DNA of 64,000 bases, from assembly GCA_038200765.1 (NCBI GenBank), contig JBBRRK010000001.1, positions 8,975 through 72,974 of the forward strand, in the 5' to 3' direction. The position numbers were made by a program, and so were the translations under genes. Every line of letters starts with the position of its first letter. Position 1 is the stretch's first letter. Below the pieces are notes generated by a model. It was given only the letters and a program-made list of their open reading frames with translations. It ran no database searches and was not told the DNA's origin. Below, one piece after another: positions 18,937-29,479 of this stretch. This DNA comes from Nitrospirales bacterium. Lineage in GTDB: Bacteria; Nitrospirota; Nitrospiria; Nitrospirales; Nitrospiraceae.

Positions 18937-20352
18937 TTACGTTTCACCGTGCATCGGATCGGGCCAGGGCCTCGGTAAACGATTGATGCCGTCGAGGGCG
19001 GCGACTTTATAGCATTCCGCGAGGGTTGGGTAGTTAAAGACCGTGTCGACGAAGTAATCGATCTTTCCCCGGTACGCCATTACGGCTTGGCCTATGTGAA
19101 TGAGCTCTGTGGCCCCTTCTCCGATGACATGGACGCCCAGGAGCGCGCGGGTGTGGCGATGAAACAGCAGCTTCAGCATGCCGGTGTCATCGCCGGTCAG
19201 TTGCCCGCGGGCGATTTCACGATAGTGAGCGATGCCGACCGCATAGGGAAGCTCTGCCTTGGCCAGTTCTTCCTCATTCCGTCCCACCGTGGAGATTTCA
19301 GGAATGGCATAGATTCCGTAGGGCAGGAGGTCCGTGTCGGTGTGGTCGGGATGGCCAAAGGCATGACAGGCGGCATGGCGGCCTTGCTGCATGGAGGTCG
19401 AGGCTAACGCGGGAAAGCCGATCACGTCGCCGACGGCGTAAATATGGGGAATGGCTGTTTGGAAATGGGCGTTGACGATGATGCGGCCTCGTGCATCCGG
19501 TGTGAGGCCAACGACTTCCAGGTTCAGGTGCTTTGTGGCGCCGATGCGTCCGATGGCATACAGAAGTGTCGTGGTGGTGATCGGTGGCCGGTGTTTCAGC
19601 GAGACTGTGACCTGTCCATCTGGCTCTTTCCGGATCGCGACAACTACCTCCTCATGGCAGAGCGTGACGCCGATGTCCGTCATCTGCCGTTGCAAAGCCT
19701 CGATGATCTGAGCGTCGACAAATTCAAGCAAGCGTGGCCGCTTGTCGATCAGGGTAACTGGCACACCGATCATGGCTAAGATCGAGGCGTACTCTGTGCC
19801 GATCACACCGCCGCCGACAATGACGATCGATGTCGGAAGATGTTTGAGCGTGACAAGGCCGTCGGTATCGATGATCGTGTGACCATCGAACGGAATGTCG
19901 GTCGGTCTGGCCGGCACGGTCCCCACGGCGATGACGATCACGTGGGCATAATGTTCGGTCGACCTTCCGGCCTGTTGGATGAGAAGCCGGTGAGGATCGA
20001 CGAAACGAGCCTCTCCAAAGATCAGATCGATGCGGTTACGCGCCATCTGGTCCTTCACGATCTCAATTTCGTTCTTGATGATGTGGTTGGCGCGAAACGC
20101 GAGATCTTCGATCGTGACGGTCTCTTTCAGACGATAGCCGGTTCCGTACAGGTTTCGTTGGCGGAACCCCGAGAGATAGAGCACCGCTTCGCGGAGGGCT
20201 TTACTGGGGATGGTGCCGGTGTTAGTCGAGACGCCGCCGACGACGACTTTGCGCTCGATGATGCCGACGGTTTTGCCGAGCTTGGCGGCCTGGACCGCAG
20301 CCTTCTGGCCTGCAGGCCCGCTCCCTATGACGAGAAGATCGTATTGGGCCAT
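18937..20352 (-). CDS. sthA: soluble pyridine nucleotide transhydrogenase
   Basis: GSGPAG FAD motif and GGVSTNTGTIPSKALR (no redox disulfide). Full-length resemblance to E. coli SthA as I recall it. Confidence 0.85.
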   Translation of the reverse strand: MAQYDLLVIGSGPAGQKAAVQAAKLGKTVGIIERKVVVGGVSTNTGTIPSKALREAVLYLSGFRQRNLYGTGYRLKETVTIEDLAFRANHIIKNEIEIVKDQMARNRIDLIFGEARFVDPHRLLIQQAGRSTEHYAHVIVIAVGTVPARPTDIPFDGHTIIDTDGLVTLKHLPTSIVIVGGGVIGTEYASILAMIGVPVTLIDKRPRLLEFVDAQIIEALQRQMTDIGVTLCHEEVVVAIRKEPDGQVTVSLKHRPPITTTTLLYAIGRIGATKHLNLEVVGLTPDARGRIIVNAHFQTAIPHIYAVGDVIGFPALASTSMQQGRHAACHAFGHPDHTDTDLLPYGIYAIPEISTVGRNEEELAKAELPYAVGIAHYREIARGQLTGDDTGMLKLLFHRHTRALLGVHVIGEGATELIHIGQAVMAYRGKIDYFVDTVFNYPTLAECYKVAALDGINRLPRPWPDPMHGET

Positions 20353-20440
20353 CAGGTGTGTTGCCTATAGAGGCTGAGGCTAAGGGGGAATGGAGGCTTC
20401 CACATTCGTCGCCTTAGCCTCAATCGTAACCTTGCCTCTG

Positions 20441-21106
20441 TCAGCTGGCGGTGATCAATGACTTGGCCACAGCAAAGGCTTTATCGAGATCCGGCAACTG
20501 GGTCAGTTCAGGTGTCACTTGCAGATACCGCACGGTGTTGTGAGCGTCGACCACCATGACCGTACGAGCCAGGATGTGGGGGCCATTGAGAAACAGCCCG
20601 TAGGTCTTCCCGAACTCAGCGTTCCGATAATCCGAGAGGAACGTGACGTTAGCGATATGGGCTTCCTGTGAAAATCGTTTCTGTGCAAAGGGAGTGTCGA
20701 CACTCACCGTCACCAATTCGACCATCTTGTCGAGGCCCTTATTCTTTTCGCTCAGATAGTGAGTTTGCTGTTCGCACACAGGGGTGTCGAGCGACGGCAC
20801 GACGCTGATGATTCGGACCTTGCCCTTGCCCTTTGTGTCGGTGATGCCGATCTGCGACAAGTCCATCTGTGTCAGCTGCACCTCCCTGAGGGAGTCACCG
20901 ACTTTGATACCTGTTCCTGAGAGGGCCAAGGGGGTTCCCTTGTAGAGGACCTTTTGGCCCTCACCAGCGATGGCGCTGCCGTCAGCGACAGTGAGGTTTT
21001 TGTAGAGAAAATTGGCGCCGTTGGAGCTCCCGGTGCTTGCGCATCCAGCGAACCCGAGCGTCAGGCAGAGTGTAACCCCAATGATCGTTCGATGCGCGAC
21101 CTTCAT
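20441..21106 (-). CDS. tpx: thiol peroxidase, lipoprotein-type signal
   Basis: SVVPSLDTPVCEQQT motif and signal LTLGFAGC. AAGGAGGG RBS upstream of ATG 21106. Confidence 0.85.
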   Translation of the reverse strand: MKVAHRTIIGVTLCLTLGFAGCASTGSSNGANFLYKNLTVADGSAIAGEGQKVLYKGTPLALSGTGIKVGDSLREVQLTQMDLSQIGITDTKGKGKVRIISVVPSLDTPVCEQQTHYLSEKNKGLDKMVELVTVSVDTPFAQKRFSQEAHIANVTFLSDYRNAEFGKTYGLFLNGPHILARTVMVVDAHNTVRYLQVTPELTQLPDLDKAFAVAKSLITAS

Positions 21107-21285
21107 AATAGTGCCCTCCTTGGTAAAGTGATGATGACCCTGTCGTGAAGAATGCTGTGGTTTGCGATTGTGTTGCTGCAGGCTTCGGGAAACCTCTTCC
21201 GGTACAGCAGAACCCTGCTGGTCTTTCTGTCTGTGTTCAAACACGCACAGGCCCGCATGTACGACGCACGACCATACCATCTTTG

Positions 21286-22278
21286 CTAGGGTCGAATAAA
21301 GGTAATGAGTGCCTGATTGACCACATCCGGTCGTTCCCACTGTGGGATGTGTCCTGCCTTGGGGATTCGGATGAATCGTGACCCCTTGATAGTCTGGTGG
21401 AGCTCTTCGCCTACGGCGATTGGGAATACCCGATCTTCTTCCCCCCAGAGCACCAGCGTCGGGTGGGTGATTTCACCAATGCGCCTGGCAAATCCGGACT
21501 CCCAGAGCGGAAGGTTTTCTCTGACGGTCATAATGGGTCTGATAAGTCCGGGTCGCCGACGGTTGCGATTGGATCGCTCAATGACGGCCGGTGTGAGGAG
21601 TGCCGGGTCATATACGATTTCTCTTAAGGTGGACTCGATCATCAGGCTGCCGAACAGCATATTGCCGAAGGAGACGAGCCAGGACGGCGCGCTGGTTTCC
21701 AAGGCCCGTCTGATTGACGGACTCGTGAGTTTCTCCATGACCTGTTGTGGCAGCCCGTCGATTAGGACGAGTTTGGCGACGCGTGCGGGATGCGTCAGCG
21801 CCATGCCGATGGCCAAGCCTGCGCCCATGGAATTGCCGACTAATGTGGCATGCGGAATCGTCACGGCCTCCATGAATCCAACAAAAAAGTCTAATATCTG
21901 ATCCGGTCGGTAATCGATCTCAGGTTTATCGGAGAGCCCGGCGCCGGGCAAATCGAGCGTGAGGACACGGAAGTGCTGCGACAGTGCCTGCTGCTGATGT
22001 TCCCATTGCCACATCGATCCCCCGAAGCCGTGAATCAGGATGACCGGTGGGCCTGTGCCCCTATCCAGATAGGCGATCCGCTGGTCGTGGACGAGGACTG
22101 TGTGGATGGGTATGCGCTCAATGGCGTCGAACTGCGTCGGAATCGACAGGGGGGACGAGCAGGCGGTCATGATGTGACACAACACACTCACAATACACAG
22201 CGCAAGGTGCGACGGTCTGCAGGCACGACCGAGAATACGCGTGTCTATCGGACTACTCCAGCTGGATGACTGTTTCAT
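21286..22278 (-). CDS. alpha/beta hydrolase
   Basis: ILIHGFGGS and GNSMGAG. Lipobox-like IMTAC. ATG 22278 overlaps the end of pycB by 26 nt, so the start is uncertain. Confidence 0.75.
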   Translation of the reverse strand: MKQSSSWSSPIDTRILGRACRPSHLALCIVSVLCHIMTACSSPLSIPTQFDAIERIPIHTVLVHDQRIAYLDRGTGPPVILIHGFGGSMWQWEHQQQALSQHFRVLTLDLPGAGLSDKPEIDYRPDQILDFFVGFMEAVTIPHATLVGNSMGAGLAIGMALTHPARVAKLVLIDGLPQQVMEKLTSPSIRRALETSAPSWLVSFGNMLFGSLMIESTLREIVYDPALLTPAVIERSNRNRRRPGLIRPIMTVRENLPLWESGFARRIGEITHPTLVLWGEEDRVFPIAVGEELHQTIKGSRFIRIPKAGHIPQWERPDVVNQALITFIRP

Positions 22279-24205
22279 CCGTCTTCACGTTGTCGCCTTC
22301 GACGACCAGGATGGCGGTGACTTTCCCGTCGATCGGCGCCGGGACTTGGCTTTCCATCTTCATGGCTTCGATGATCAGGAGCGGGGTGCCGACTTTGACC
22401 ATGGCATCCATGACGACAAGTACTTTGACGACGCGGCCAGGCATCGGAGGCGCCACGTCTCCTGGTTTGGAAGGCCTGGGCCGTTTGGATTTCGCACTGC
22501 TAGCAGCGCCTGGAGCTTCCGGTACGCCGGCCAGAATTTCCTCGATCGGTTCCAACGAAACTTCTTCGAGTTTGTCGTTGACGCGGATGTAATAGGGCTT
22601 GCGGCCGTCCACCTTCCTCCCAGCACCGGACACCTGTATATGGTAGGTTTCGCCGTGGACTGTGACGTTGAATTCGGCAGGGGCCAAATGAAGTTCGGTG
22701 GCCGCACCTGGCCCGCTTGGTAAGAAGCTCTCAAGCGGTTCCAGCGTCAGCTCCCCCTTCTCGCGCGCCTCAAAGAAGTCTCGCGCGATCGAAGGGAACA
22801 GAGTGAACGACAGCTGATCCTCTATCGTGGCGGCTGAGGCAGGCAGGTCTTTTCTGCTGGCCTCGAGTTCAGGCTCCAATCGATCGGCAGGCCGCGTCTT
22901 GATCGGATGGTCGTCCCCGATGGCGCGGGCCATGATCTCGCGATCGAGGGGCCCCGGCGCCCGTCCGTAGAGTCCGAGAAAATAGTTCTTGGTTTCCGTG
23001 GTGATGACTTTGTACCGCTCGCCTGTGAGGACGTTGAGCGTCGCTTGGGTGCCCACGATTTGGCTGGTCGGAGTGACGAGCGGGGGATAGCCCATTTCCT
23101 TTCGGACGCGCGGCACTTCATCCAGGACTTCTTTGATCCGATCGAGCGCATTCTGCTCGGTCAGTTGCGCAGCGAGGTTCGAGAGCATACCGCCGGGAAT
23201 CTGCGAAGTGAGAATTTCGGCATCGACTCCAGTGAACTCGCTTTCGAACTGCCGATACTTTCGCCGAACGGTGCGGAAATGTTCGGTGATCGGGAGGAAC
23301 GAGGCCAGATCCAGCCTCGTATCGTACGGGGTGTTGCGCAACGAGGCCACCATCGTTTCCGTCGACGGGTGCGAGGTTCCGCCGGCTAACGGTGAGATGG
23401 ACGTATCCAACATGTCCAAGCCGCCCAGGATCGCCATGAGGGAGGTCATCGAGGCCATCCCCGAGGTGTAGTGCGAATGCAAATGGATCGGGACCTTCAC
23501 CGCGGCTTTGATCCGGCGTATCAGGTGATAGGCGTCGAGTGGGGCCAAGAGTCCAGCCATGTCTTTGATGCAGAGCGTATCGGTTCCCAAGTCCTCTAAC
23601 TGCTTTGCCATGTCGACAAAACGGTCCACACTGTGGACGGGACTGACGGTATAGCTGATGGCGGCTTCGACATGTTTGCCACAGGCTTTCACTTCCCGCA
23701 TGGCCCGTTCGACATTGCGGATATCGTTCAGGGCGTCGAAGATGCGGAAGACGTCGATGCCGTTGGCAGCGGACCGTTCGATAAACCGTTCTAACACATC
23801 GTCGGCATAATGCCGATAGCCGACCAAGTTCTGCCCTCGGAGCAGCATTTGAAGCTTGGTATTGGGCATGGCGGCGCGTAATGTGCGGAGCCGTTCCCAG
23901 GGATCTTCTTTGAGGAAGCGGAGGCAGGTGTCGAAGGTGGCACCACCCCAGACTTCGAGAGACCAATAGCCGACGGCGTCAAGCTTTTGGGCGATGGGCA
24001 GCATGTCCTCCGTCCGCATGCGCGTGGCTAAGAGCGACTGATGGCCATCGCGCAAGGCGACATCGGTAATCAGAATCGGCTTGCCAACCGCCGGTTGGAT
24101 TGTCAGTTCCTGACCACTTTTGGCACGGGTCTTTGACGTCCGAACAGATGGTCCGGCTGTTCGCTTCTTGGGAGCCCGTGCTCGTGAGGGTCGTCGTGTC
24201 GCCAT
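22253..24205 (-). CDS. pycB: biotin-dependent carboxylase, carboxyltransferase + biotin-carrier subunit (pyruvate carboxylase B or 2-oxoglutarate carboxylase type)
   Basis: 650 aa. DVALRDGHQS TIM-barrel motif and C-terminal biotinyl motif EAMKMES. Confidence 0.85.
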   Translation of the reverse strand: MATRRPSRARAPKKRTAGPSVRTSKTRAKSGQELTIQPAVGKPILITDVALRDGHQSLLATRMRTEDMLPIAQKLDAVGYWSLEVWGGATFDTCLRFLKEDPWERLRTLRAAMPNTKLQMLLRGQNLVGYRHYADDVLERFIERSAANGIDVFRIFDALNDIRNVERAMREVKACGKHVEAAISYTVSPVHSVDRFVDMAKQLEDLGTDTLCIKDMAGLLAPLDAYHLIRRIKAAVKVPIHLHSHYTSGMASMTSLMAILGGLDMLDTSISPLAGGTSHPSTETMVASLRNTPYDTRLDLASFLPITEHFRTVRRKYRQFESEFTGVDAEILTSQIPGGMLSNLAAQLTEQNALDRIKEVLDEVPRVRKEMGYPPLVTPTSQIVGTQATLNVLTGERYKVITTETKNYFLGLYGRAPGPLDREIMARAIGDDHPIKTRPADRLEPELEASRKDLPASAATIEDQLSFTLFPSIARDFFEAREKGELTLEPLESFLPSGPGAATELHLAPAEFNVTVHGETYHIQVSGAGRKVDGRKPYYIRVNDKLEEVSLEPIEEILAGVPEAPGAASSAKSKRPRPSKPGDVAPPMPGRVVKVLVVMDAMVKVGTPLLIIEAMKMESQVPAPIDGKVTAILVVEGDNVKTDETVIQLE

Positions 24206-24265
24206 GATGTGCTGATCTGCTCGTTATCGTGTCGGTGAATCGCTGGGGTTCATCATTTTATTCGG

Positions 24266-25684
24266 CTAGAGCCCTTCGTAGGCGGCAATGGCAGCGGAAA
24301 GTGCCAGTACCAGATCCTCCGGCTGTTCAAAGTCGTGATAGTTGAACAGCTCAGGATGCGTCTCCAGGTAGGAGGTGTCGAAATGACCTGCCATGAAGTC
24401 CGGCTCCTGCATGATCTCCATCATAAAGGGGATGGTCGTTTTCACCCCCCGCAAGACGTACTCTTCGAGCGATCGTCTCATGCGGCTGACGGTTTCTTCC
24501 CACGTACGACCACGCACGGTGAGTTTGGCCAGGAGAGCATCGTAGTAGGGCGGCACCGTGTAATCCTTGTAGACCGCTCCATCGATGCGCACCCCGATGC
24601 CGCCTGGTGAGAGATAGGCCGTGATGGTGCCGGTGCAGGGCCTGAAGTTGTTCTTCGGGTCTTCCGCATTGATACGGCACTGGATGGAATGGCCTTGGAG
24701 CGTGACCTGCTGCTGCGTGATGTCGAGAGGCATGCCGGCTGCAATGGCAATCTGATTGCGCACGATGTCGATCGCTGTGATTTGCTCGGTCACCGTATGT
24801 TCGACTTGGAGGCGAGGATTCATCTCCATAAAGTAATAGTGGCTGTCTTGATCAAGGAGGAACTCGACGGTTCCAGCATTGTCATAATCGACTGCTTTGG
24901 CGATGGCGATGGCTGCGTCACCCATCTCGGCACGAAGAGATGGCGTGAGAATCAAGGATGGCGCAATCTCGATGAGTTTTTGATGCCGGCGTTGAATCGA
25001 ACAATCACGCTCACCCAGGTGAATGATGTGACCATGCCGGTCGGCCAAAATTTGGAATTCGATATGATGCGGCCGCTCGATATACTTTTCGAGGAAAATG
25101 CTTCCGTCGCCAAAGGCAGCCTGAGCCTCCCGTGACGCGACCGCCATGTTCTCACGAAGTTCAGTATCCGATCGCACCACCCGGAGACCGCGCCCTCCCC
25201 CGCCTGCGCTGGCTTTAATCATGACGGGATACCCGGTCTGTTTGGCGAAAGAGAACGCGTCTTTAACATTGGTGATGCCACCTTCGGTCCCGGGAACAAT
25301 CGGAATACCGACTCGTTTGGCCAGCTCGCGGGCTTTGACCTTGCTCCCCATTAACTCGATGGCGTGGGGCGACGGGCCGATGAAGGTAATGCCGGATCTG
25401 TGGCACAGCTGAGCAAATTGCGAGTTTTCCGAGAGAAATCCATAGCCTGGATGGATGGCATCGGCGCCGATTCGTCGTGCCAGGTTGACGATCTGTTGGC
25501 TATCCAGGAAACCTTTGACTGGTCCCGGGCCGACCATGTAGGCCTCGTCCGCCTTCTTGACATAGATCCCGGTCGAATCGGCTTCCGAATAGATCGCGGC
25601 GGTGGCGATATTCAACTCGCGGCAGGCGCGGATGATCCGCATGGCGATTTCGCCGCGATTGGCCACCAGAATTTTCTTGAACAT
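24266..25684 (-). CDS. pycA: biotin carboxylase subunit (pyruvate carboxylase A type)
   Basis: 472 aa. MFKKILVANRGEIAMRIIRAC and ATP-grasp pattern. Confidence 0.9.
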   Translation of the reverse strand: MFKKILVANRGEIAMRIIRACRELNIATAAIYSEADSTGIYVKKADEAYMVGPGPVKGFLDSQQIVNLARRIGADAIHPGYGFLSENSQFAQLCHRSGITFIGPSPHAIELMGSKVKARELAKRVGIPIVPGTEGGITNVKDAFSFAKQTGYPVMIKASAGGGGRGLRVVRSDTELRENMAVASREAQAAFGDGSIFLEKYIERPHHIEFQILADRHGHIIHLGERDCSIQRRHQKLIEIAPSLILTPSLRAEMGDAAIAIAKAVDYDNAGTVEFLLDQDSHYYFMEMNPRLQVEHTVTEQITAIDIVRNQIAIAAGMPLDITQQQVTLQGHSIQCRINAEDPKNNFRPCTGTITAYLSPGGIGVRIDGAVYKDYTVPPYYDALLAKLTVRGRTWEETVSRMRRSLEEYVLRGVKTTIPFMMEIMQEPDFMAGHFDTSYLETHPELFNYHDFEQPEDLVLALSAAIAAYEGL

Positions 25685-25869
25685 ACCGGTCCCCGTCTCC
25701 TCAGATCGCTCTCGATTCTGCGAGAGTGATCAGGCGAAAATGAGCGCGTAAGCTAGCATAGGATCAAGAGTCGTGTCGAGGAAAACAGGCGGAGAACAGG
25801 TGGAATCAGGACGGTTTGAAATGGGTGGTCAGCCCGAGAAAATCAGTCGGTTTTCTCATGAAGGTACGC

Positions 25870-26328
25870 CTACTTGGACTTAATCAAGACCGGTTTGGAC
25901 TGGGCGCTTCCTCCGCCCCCGACGATGACGATGAAGGACATTCCTGCTTTCGCATCCGGTACGGTCGCTTCAATCGTCGAATCGCCCATGAATGTGAAAT
26001 TCACGGGCGTGCTTGACGCTGCACTGAAGGTCACCGTATGAAAACACTCCTTCGTACCGAAATTTTCGCCGGTGATGACGACTGTGTCACCTGGTTTGGC
26101 CTCGTCCGGCTCGACTTTGGCGATCCGTGGGCGCTTGCTCTGGTCGCAGATAGGGTCCCGTTCGACTTTTGCCGCATCAAAGCCTTTGATCGATTCAATA
26201 TCGAACAGGGTGAAGCCTGCGCCATCCACCATCGCCCCTGGCTCTTCTGCGAAGGAGGCGGGTATGGGTGACACCATCCATCCGATGAGTCCCAGCAACA
26301 AGAACCAGAATGATCGCCTCGTCTGCAT
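25870..26328 (-). CDS. secreted IPT/TIG-like domain protein
   Basis: Signal peptide from ATG 26328, preceded by an AAGGAGG RBS. PRIAKVEPDEAKPGDTVVITGENFG. Confidence 0.6.
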   Translation of the reverse strand: MQTRRSFWFLLLGLIGWMVSPIPASFAEEPGAMVDGAGFTLFDIESIKGFDAAKVERDPICDQSKRPRIAKVEPDEAKPGDTVVITGENFGTKECFHTVTFSAASSTPVNFTFMGDSTIEATVPDAKAGMSFIVIVGGGGSAQSKPVLIKSK

Positions 26329-26359
26329 AGGTGCCTCCTTCAATCGCCAGGATACATGA

Positions 26360-27181
26360 TTATTTGTCTTTGACCGGAACATACGTTTCGCCAATGAGTT
26401 GTTGTCCGATTGGGGACAAGACGAACTGGATGAATGCCTCAACCAGAGGATGCGGTTCCTTCTTGGACAAGAGAAGCACGGGGCGTCGGAGCGGATAGCG
26501 GCCGTCTTTGACAGTGGGGCCCTCCGGTTCAATCTTGTCGATAGGCAAGAGTCGGACAGGGACGCCGCCTGAGACGACGGACAATCCCTGGTCCAGGGAC
26601 AGGTAGGTGATCGCAGACAGAGGGGGAAGCGTTCCCACGACGGTCTTCACGACCTGTTCATCAGAGCCGATCACCCTGGCAGTGCCAATGATCTTGCCGG
26701 TGATGCCGAGTTGCGATTCAAACGCATCGCGAATGTTTTGATTGCGCGGCCGGTCGATGACCAAGATTTTCGTCTCGGGCCCACCCACGTCTGACCACAG
26801 GGCGATCGTACCTGAGAAAATCTCGGCCACTTGTTGCTTCGTGAGGTCCTTCGTGAAATTGGAAAGGTGCACGAGTACGCCGATCCCATCCCACGCAATG
26901 GGTGTTGCCAAAAGATCTGGGGCCTCAGTTCCAGTGACGGCAATCTGAGCCTGACCGGATTTGACCATCTCAGCTGGTTTCGAGTTGGCATCCCACACGA
27001 TATCGAGATACGCTCGTGGGTTAGCTTTTTCAAAGGCACGGGTGAGTGGCTCGATGGTCGTCAGCTCTGGTCCGTTGCCGGAGATGATCAGACTTCCGGC
27101 GACGTCAGCAAGGGCAACGCGGACTGTCCCACAGCTGAACAGTAGGCTGAGGCTTAGCGAGAGCACAAGTCTCGCGATCAT
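26360..27181 (-). CDS. PstS-family (PBP-like) substrate-binding protein, orphan
   Basis: Signal peptide from ATG 27181. GRYPLRRPVLLL pattern. No pstCAB nearby. Confidence 0.65.
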   Translation of the reverse strand: MIARLVLSLSLSLLFSCGTVRVALADVAGSLIISGNGPELTTIEPLTRAFEKANPRAYLDIVWDANSKPAEMVKSGQAQIAVTGTEAPDLLATPIAWDGIGVLVHLSNFTKDLTKQQVAEIFSGTIALWSDVGGPETKILVIDRPRNQNIRDAFESQLGITGKIIGTARVIGSDEQVVKTVVGTLPPLSAITYLSLDQGLSVVSGGVPVRLLPIDKIEPEGPTVKDGRYPLRRPVLLLSKKEPHPLVEAFIQFVLSPIGQQLIGETYVPVKDK

Positions 27182-27334
27182 ACGATCTCCCTGAGAGTGG
27201 AGTGGATGTTGGGACAGGACGACGTACCATCCCCTGTTGCCCACGATCTTACTTAGCAGGCTGCGAGAACGCTCAGTTTATACACACTACACCGTTGGGA
27301 TCTTACCTGAAATAGTGTCGATGTCAGCATCCTG

Positions 27335-27643
27335 TTAGTGCTCCGTTGGGCCGCTGGTAGAGGGATCAGAAGGGGGCGCCGTGTCGGGAGCGGCGCGTTT
27401 GCCCATCAGCGGAGGGAGTTTGGCAAACTTGTCCATCCGCTCGTCTAACATACTGTAGGCTTTCATCTCGGCGAAGCCGGTTTTTCGAGTCCCCTTCACC
27501 TGTGTCGTGCAGGCAGACAGTAGCCGTGTAGCACTTTGGGCCTGACAGTGAGGGCACACGGTGTCTTCCACCCTGGCATGGACGGATTGAGTGGCGTCGA
27601 AGTGCTTCTCACATTGTCCACAACGATATTCGTAGATCGGCAT
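27335..27643 (-). CDS. FmdB-family zinc-ribbon protein
   Basis: MPIYEYRCGQCEKHF...CPHCQ. Confidence 0.8.
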   Translation of the reverse strand: MPIYEYRCGQCEKHFDATQSVHARVEDTVCPHCQAQSATRLLSACTTQVKGTRKTGFAEMKAYSMLDERMDKFAKLPPLMGKRAAPDTAPPSDPSTSGPTEH

Positions 27644-27756
27644 GTTTCGTTTCCTTACGCGAGAGAAGAATTACACAGAGCGAGCACGCGCACTTGACCG
27701 GCCGTTGAGCTTTACCTTATTCTACACATCCTGTTGATGTGACTGCTAGTGGTCTC

Positions 27757-27953
27757 GCAGGATAGTGAAAAAGTCCGCCAGCGGCGTTCTCGCATCGCTC
27801 AGAGGCTCAACGTACCGAAGCGTACGCCTCGCCTCTTCGCTCGCTGCGACCTCGCTGAACGGCCTTTCTGAGCATCCTGTGCGCGGTGTGTTGTTGGCCC
27901 AGACGTGCGGACCAGTGAAGCCTTGGTGGCCCACAGAGTTTTTGCGTGGCCTG
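27757..27953. repeat. F1 repeat, long form (D)
   Basis: The core gcaggatagtgaaaaag...ctttctgagcatcctg is near-identical to the 50.1 and 53.3 kb copies. The tail ends gagtttttgcgtggcctg. Confidence 0.85.
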
Positions 27954-27971
27954 TTAAAGAGGAGGATTTCG

Positions 27972-28148
27972 ATGTCCTTGTTGATTCGGAAGTACAAGAG
28001 TGTCGGTGGAATGATGCAAGAAGAACGGATCGACGATCCGGATCGGATCGAGCGATATTTCCGGCTCTTTGAGAAGGACGACCTGAAGAAGCTCGAGACA
28101 GGCGTCAAGGTTTTTATCGAGAAGGATGAGTGGCAACTCCTGCCGTAA
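27972..28148 (+). CDS. small hypothetical protein (58 aa)
   Basis: AGAGGAGG RBS 6-7 nt upstream of the ATG. The upstream part of track ORF 27765-28148 is F1-derived. Confidence 0.5.
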   Translation: MSLLIRKYKSVGGMMQEERIDDPDRIERYFRLFEKDDLKKLETGVKVFIEKDEWQLLP

Positions 28149-28286
28149 GCTGTATCGCACCTCTCAATCGGCGACGAGACGTCATCATAGATTGAATAGG
28201 AATCCGATCGCTGATCGTGGTTGTGTCCACTCGTGCAATCGCGAGAGAATGGCCGAGTCGTGGTCTGTCTGTGAGGTGTTGTTTCT

Positions 28287-28496
28287 GTGAGCTACTGGCT
28301 TCACATTGCGCGTTCGATCGACCGGGTCACACTCCACAAAGATCGTTGCTCCGAAGTGCCTTCTACCTCGATCGGTTCCTCAAGCGATTTCTGGGAAGGC
28401 GGATGGTTCGATTACCCAGATAAGGCGCGAGCGTTAGCGGCGATGGAGCAAGCCGGGACGACGGAACAGCGCCGCTGCCCATTGTGCAAGGCCTGA
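28287..28496 (+). CDS. small hypothetical protein with terminal Cys motifs
   Basis: 69 aa, GTG start. HKDRC near the N-terminus and CPLC at the C-terminus. Weak evidence. Confidence 0.35.
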   Translation: MSYWLHIARSIDRVTLHKDRCSEVPSTSIGSSSDFWEGGWFDYPDKARALAAMEQAGTTEQRRCPLCKA

Positions 28497-28585
28497 CGGG
28501 GCAGTACTGAGTCTTGAGTGCTCAGTGCCGAGTCATTCCCTGAGATTGAAGCCCCGCACTCAAACTTCGGCACGCGTTCAATTCC

Positions 28586-29455
28586 ATGCCACGACTTGCA
28601 CTCCTGCTTACAACGTTCATCTGGGGGGCGACGTTCCCCGCTACCAAAGCGGTGTTGGAGCAAATTCCACCACTGTCGTTTCTGTTTCTCCGATTTCTCC
28701 TGGGAGCCGTGCTGGTCGGGGGTGGGTTTCTATTATGGAGACTTCGCTTGCGCTGCGAACCAGCCGTCTTGCGAGCGAGTGCGATCGCCACGTGCTGGCT
28801 CTTTCTAGGCTATGTCCTCCAAACGGTCGGGCTCCACTATACCACCTCATCGAATTCCGCCTTCATTACAGCACTATATGTCGTCATTGTTCCGTTGATT
28901 CTGCGTCGGTTTGACCGGCGTGTGTGGCTGGCCACTGGAATTGCTACGGTGGGTCTCTGGTTGCTGATGAAGCCCGGCGGATCCGGGAACCTTGGCGATC
29001 TCTTGACGCTCGGCTGTGCGGTGGCATTTGCCGCACATATCGCCTGTCTGGAGCGGTTTACGCGCGAGGTCGATGCGCCTTCGTTGTTTGCTTGGCAAAT
29101 GATGGCGATGGTTGCCCTATTGCTTCCCACCCTGTTGATTGAACAGGCGCCGGCACAGGCATTTGCGCCGACGGCGTTGTTGCTTGTCGCGCTTGGGGTG
29201 ACCGGAGGACTTGCGACTGGGGCCTTTGCTATTCAAATATGGGTTCAGCGCATTGTGCCAGCGCAACAGGTGGCCTTGATCTTTGCGTCAGAGCCGGCTT
29301 ACGCGGCCGGGCTTTCCTGGTACTTTCTCGGTGAAACGTTGGATATGCAGGGGTGGATTGGAAGTGGCCTTATTTTGTTGGCGGTCTTGGTGGGCGCCGT
29401 TGGAGGCGGCCCACAGTCCTCATCACCCGCAATCGCGAAGGCCCATGCAGCGTAG
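28586..29455 (+). CDS. EamA/DMT-family transporter
   Basis: 289 aa, about 10 TM helices. LLTTFIWGATFPATK. Confidence 0.8.
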   Translation: MPRLALLLTTFIWGATFPATKAVLEQIPPLSFLFLRFLLGAVLVGGGFLLWRLRLRCEPAVLRASAIATCWLFLGYVLQTVGLHYTTSSNSAFITALYVVIVPLILRRFDRRVWLATGIATVGLWLLMKPGGSGNLGDLLTLGCAVAFAAHIACLERFTREVDAPSLFAWQMMAMVALLLPTLLIEQAPAQAFAPTALLLVALGVTGGLATGAFAIQIWVQRIVPAQQVALIFASEPAYAAGLSWYFLGETLDMQGWIGSGLILLAVLVGAVGGGPQSSSPAIAKAHAA

Positions 29456-29479
29456 GAGGAGACCAGAGGGACTGTCTTC

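Noticed and set aside
20441-21340. Long N-terminal extensions in the ORF track (tpx 299 aa; also 25870-26532, 12802-13755, 47465-47965, 39538-41133, 10152-11153)
   Set aside because: Internal ATGs preceded by good RBSs give proteins of family-typical length, with signal peptides where expected. The extensions overlap upstream genes or repeats.
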